NCBI GenBank assembly: GCA_964547925.1
Contig: CAZJQF010000003.1
Coordinates: 11,875-46,468, forward strand
DNA from: an uncultured Dehalococcoidales bacterium
GTDB taxonomy: Bacteria; Chloroflexota; Dehalococcoidia; Dehalococcoidales; JAFGLR01
Direction: 5' to 3'
DNA: 34,594 nucleotides
The number at the start of each line of letters is the position of its first letter. Positions within the stretch are counted from its first letter, which is position 1. Below the pieces are notes generated by a model, which was not told the DNA's origin, did no database searches, and worked only from the letters and a program-made list of their open reading frames with translations. Shown here piece after piece: positions 33,096 to 34,594 of the stretch. The position numbers and the translations under genes are program-made.

Positions 33096-34583
33096 ATGTT
33101 TAAGAAAATACTTGTTGCTAACCGCAGTGAAATAGCCATAAGGGTAATGCGTGCCTGCCGGGAACTCGGCATAAAGAGCGTGGCGGTATACTCTGATGCA
33201 GACAAAGATGCTCTCTTCGCCAAATATGCGGATGAAGCTTATGCTATTGGAGCAGCACCAGCAGTAGAAAGCTATTTAAATATAGAAAAAATCATAAAAG
33301 CGGCTAAAGAAGCCGGAGCGGAGGCTATTCATCCCGGGTACGGTTTTCTGGCGGAAAATCCCAATTTCGCATACGCCTGTGAAAAGAATGGAATTAAGTT
33401 TATCGGACCTTCCAGCCGTGTGCTGGAATTGATGGGAAACAAAATAGCGGCCCGTGTGGAAATGAGGAAAGCCGGCGTACCCGTCGTACCGGGGACGGAA
33501 GAATGTGTCACGGACTTTAAAAGGGCCCGTGATATTGCCCGAGAAGTAGGTTATCCGGTTATTTGTAAACCGGCCGGGGGTGGCGGCGGCATCGGCATGA
33601 CTATCGTAAATAACGAGGATGAATTAAAAAACGCTATCGAATCTTCCCAGAATATCGCACGTTCAACATTCGGGCTGGCGGATGTCTATATTGAAAAATA
33701 TCTCGCCCATCCCCGACATATCGAATTCCAGATACTTGGAGATTCGCACGGTAACGTCATCCATTTAGGAGAGCGCGAATGCTCTATACAGAGGAGACAT
33801 CAGAAGCTCATCGAGGAATCGCCTTCACCGGTTCTGACGCCGGCCCTGCGAAAGGAAATGGGCATATCGGCAGTGAAGGCCGGTAAATGGGTAAAATATG
33901 AGGGTGCCGGCACAATGGAATTCCTGTATTCCGAAGGTAATTACTATTTCTTAGAAGCGAATACGCGTGTACAGGTGGAACATCCGGTTACCGAGATGGT
34001 AACGGGTATCGATATTGTTAAAGAGCAGATAAACGTGGCGATGGGAATGCCTTTGAGCATTAAGCAGGAGGACGTAAAACCGCGGGGTTGGGCTATAGAG
34101 TGCCGGATTAATGCGGAAGACCCGTTAAATAACTTCGCTCCTTGTCCGGGCAAGCTTAAGGGCTACCGCTCGCCCGGTGGCGTTGGTATCAGGGTGGACA
34201 GCGGCGTGTATACCCGCTATACCATCCCTCCCATATATGACCCGATGATATCGAAACTGATTGTTTTGGGTCGCGACCGGAATGAAGCTATTGCCAGGAT
34301 GAAACGTGCACTTTACGAGTATATTATATCCGGAGTAACTACTAACATACCGTTCCACAAAGCGGTTATGGAGAACCCGCGTTATGTTAAAGGCGAGTTG
34401 AGTACCCACTTTATTGAACAGGAGACAACGCTCCTCGATGATATGAAAGCTATCATCGATAGAGAGAAGCCGTTGGAGGAACGTCTGACAGCCATCTTCG
34501 ACGATAAGAAGAAAGTAGCTGCCTTTGCAGCGGTTGCGGCGGTAAACCAGTTGATATCGGGCAGAGTGGGAAAAGACGAATAG
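33096..34583 (+). CDS. pycA: Biotin carboxylase (pyruvate carboxylase subunit A; AccC-type)
   Basis: Reads [61 protein letters not shown]; canonical ATP-grasp biotin carboxylase. The pycA versus accC assignment rests on adjacency to pycB. Confidence 0.85.
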   Translation: MFKKILVANRSEIAIRVMRACRELGIKSVAVYSDADKDALFAKYADEAYAIGAAPAVESYLNIEKIIKAAKEAGAEAIHPGYGFLAENPNFAYACEKNGIKFIGPSSRVLELMGNKIAARVEMRKAGVPVVPGTEECVTDFKRARDIAREVGYPVICKPAGGGGGIGMTIVNNEDELKNAIESSQNIARSTFGLADVYIEKYLAHPRHIEFQILGDSHGNVIHLGERECSIQRRHQKLIEESPSPVLTPALRKEMGISAVKAGKWVKYEGAGTMEFLYSEGNYYFLEANTRVQVEHPVTEMVTGIDIVKEQINVAMGMPLSIKQEDVKPRGWAIECRINAEDPLNNFAPCPGKLKGYRSPGGVGIRVDSGVYTRYTIPPIYDPMISKLIVLGRDRNEAIARMKRALYEYIISGVTTNIPFHKAVMENPRYVKGELSTHFIEQETTLLDDMKAIIDREKPLEERLTAIFDDKKKVAAFAAVAAVNQLISGRVGKDE

Positions 34584-34594
34584 CAGGATATTCT

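Noticed and set aside
32546-33223. 225-aa and 115-aa minus-strand ORFs
   Set aside because: They lie antisense to pycB and pycA, which carry unambiguous biotin-enzyme motifs. Long reverse-frame ORFs are expected by chance in such genes.
1-34594. Looked for CRISPR arrays, IS elements, integrases, prophage or defence islands, and for a genomic island at the tRNA-Ser gene
   Set aside because: I saw no regularly spaced direct repeats, transposase, integrase or recombinase ORFs. I noticed no duplicated tRNA 3' fragment. The genes flanking the tRNA are housekeeping (queA, rlmB).

Overview
This is a densely packed, moderately AT-rich chromosomal segment from a bacterium. Bacterial markers include typA/bipA, queA, acpS, rlmB, a GGDEF/HD-GYP protein and Shine-Dalgarno sites. 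Frequent GTG/TTG starts, overlapping gene ends and a two-subunit pyruvate carboxylase suggest a streamlined anaerobe, possibly Chloroflexota/Dehalococcoidia-like, but that is inference only. I support 33 protein genes, one tRNA-Ser(GGA), and several sigma70-like promoters and intrinsic terminators. I saw no CRISPR array, rRNA, transposase, integrase or phage gene. Housekeeping content: butyrate kinase, AcpS, an orphan ACP, QueA, RlmB, prepilin peptidase, BipA, a GlcD-like FAD oxidase, an AlkD-like protein, a flavodoxin and pycB/pycA. Five things are worth following up. (1) An insulated three-gene cluster at 7.4-12.4 kb encodes an ICMT-like::GH3 fusion, a ThiF-type E1-like enzyme and a B12-binding radical SAM enzyme with a Cx4Cx2C motif. 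I know of no characterised pathway with this combination. (2) A translationally coupled operon at 16.7-20.5 kb encodes lysine 2,3-aminomutase, two D-Ala-D-Ala-ligase-like ATP-grasp enzymes and a GNAT, suggesting a beta-lysine-containing, possibly acetylated, amide product. (3) A presenilin/SPP-type (YD...GxGD...PAL) intramembrane aspartyl protease homologue sits next to an M50-CBS site-2 protease and an S41 peptidase. (4) An orphan consensus promoter, structured RNA and terminator abut the start codon of a small wHTH gene. (5) queA has no canonical start codon for its conserved N-terminus. All functional calls come from motif recognition by eye; no searches were run.
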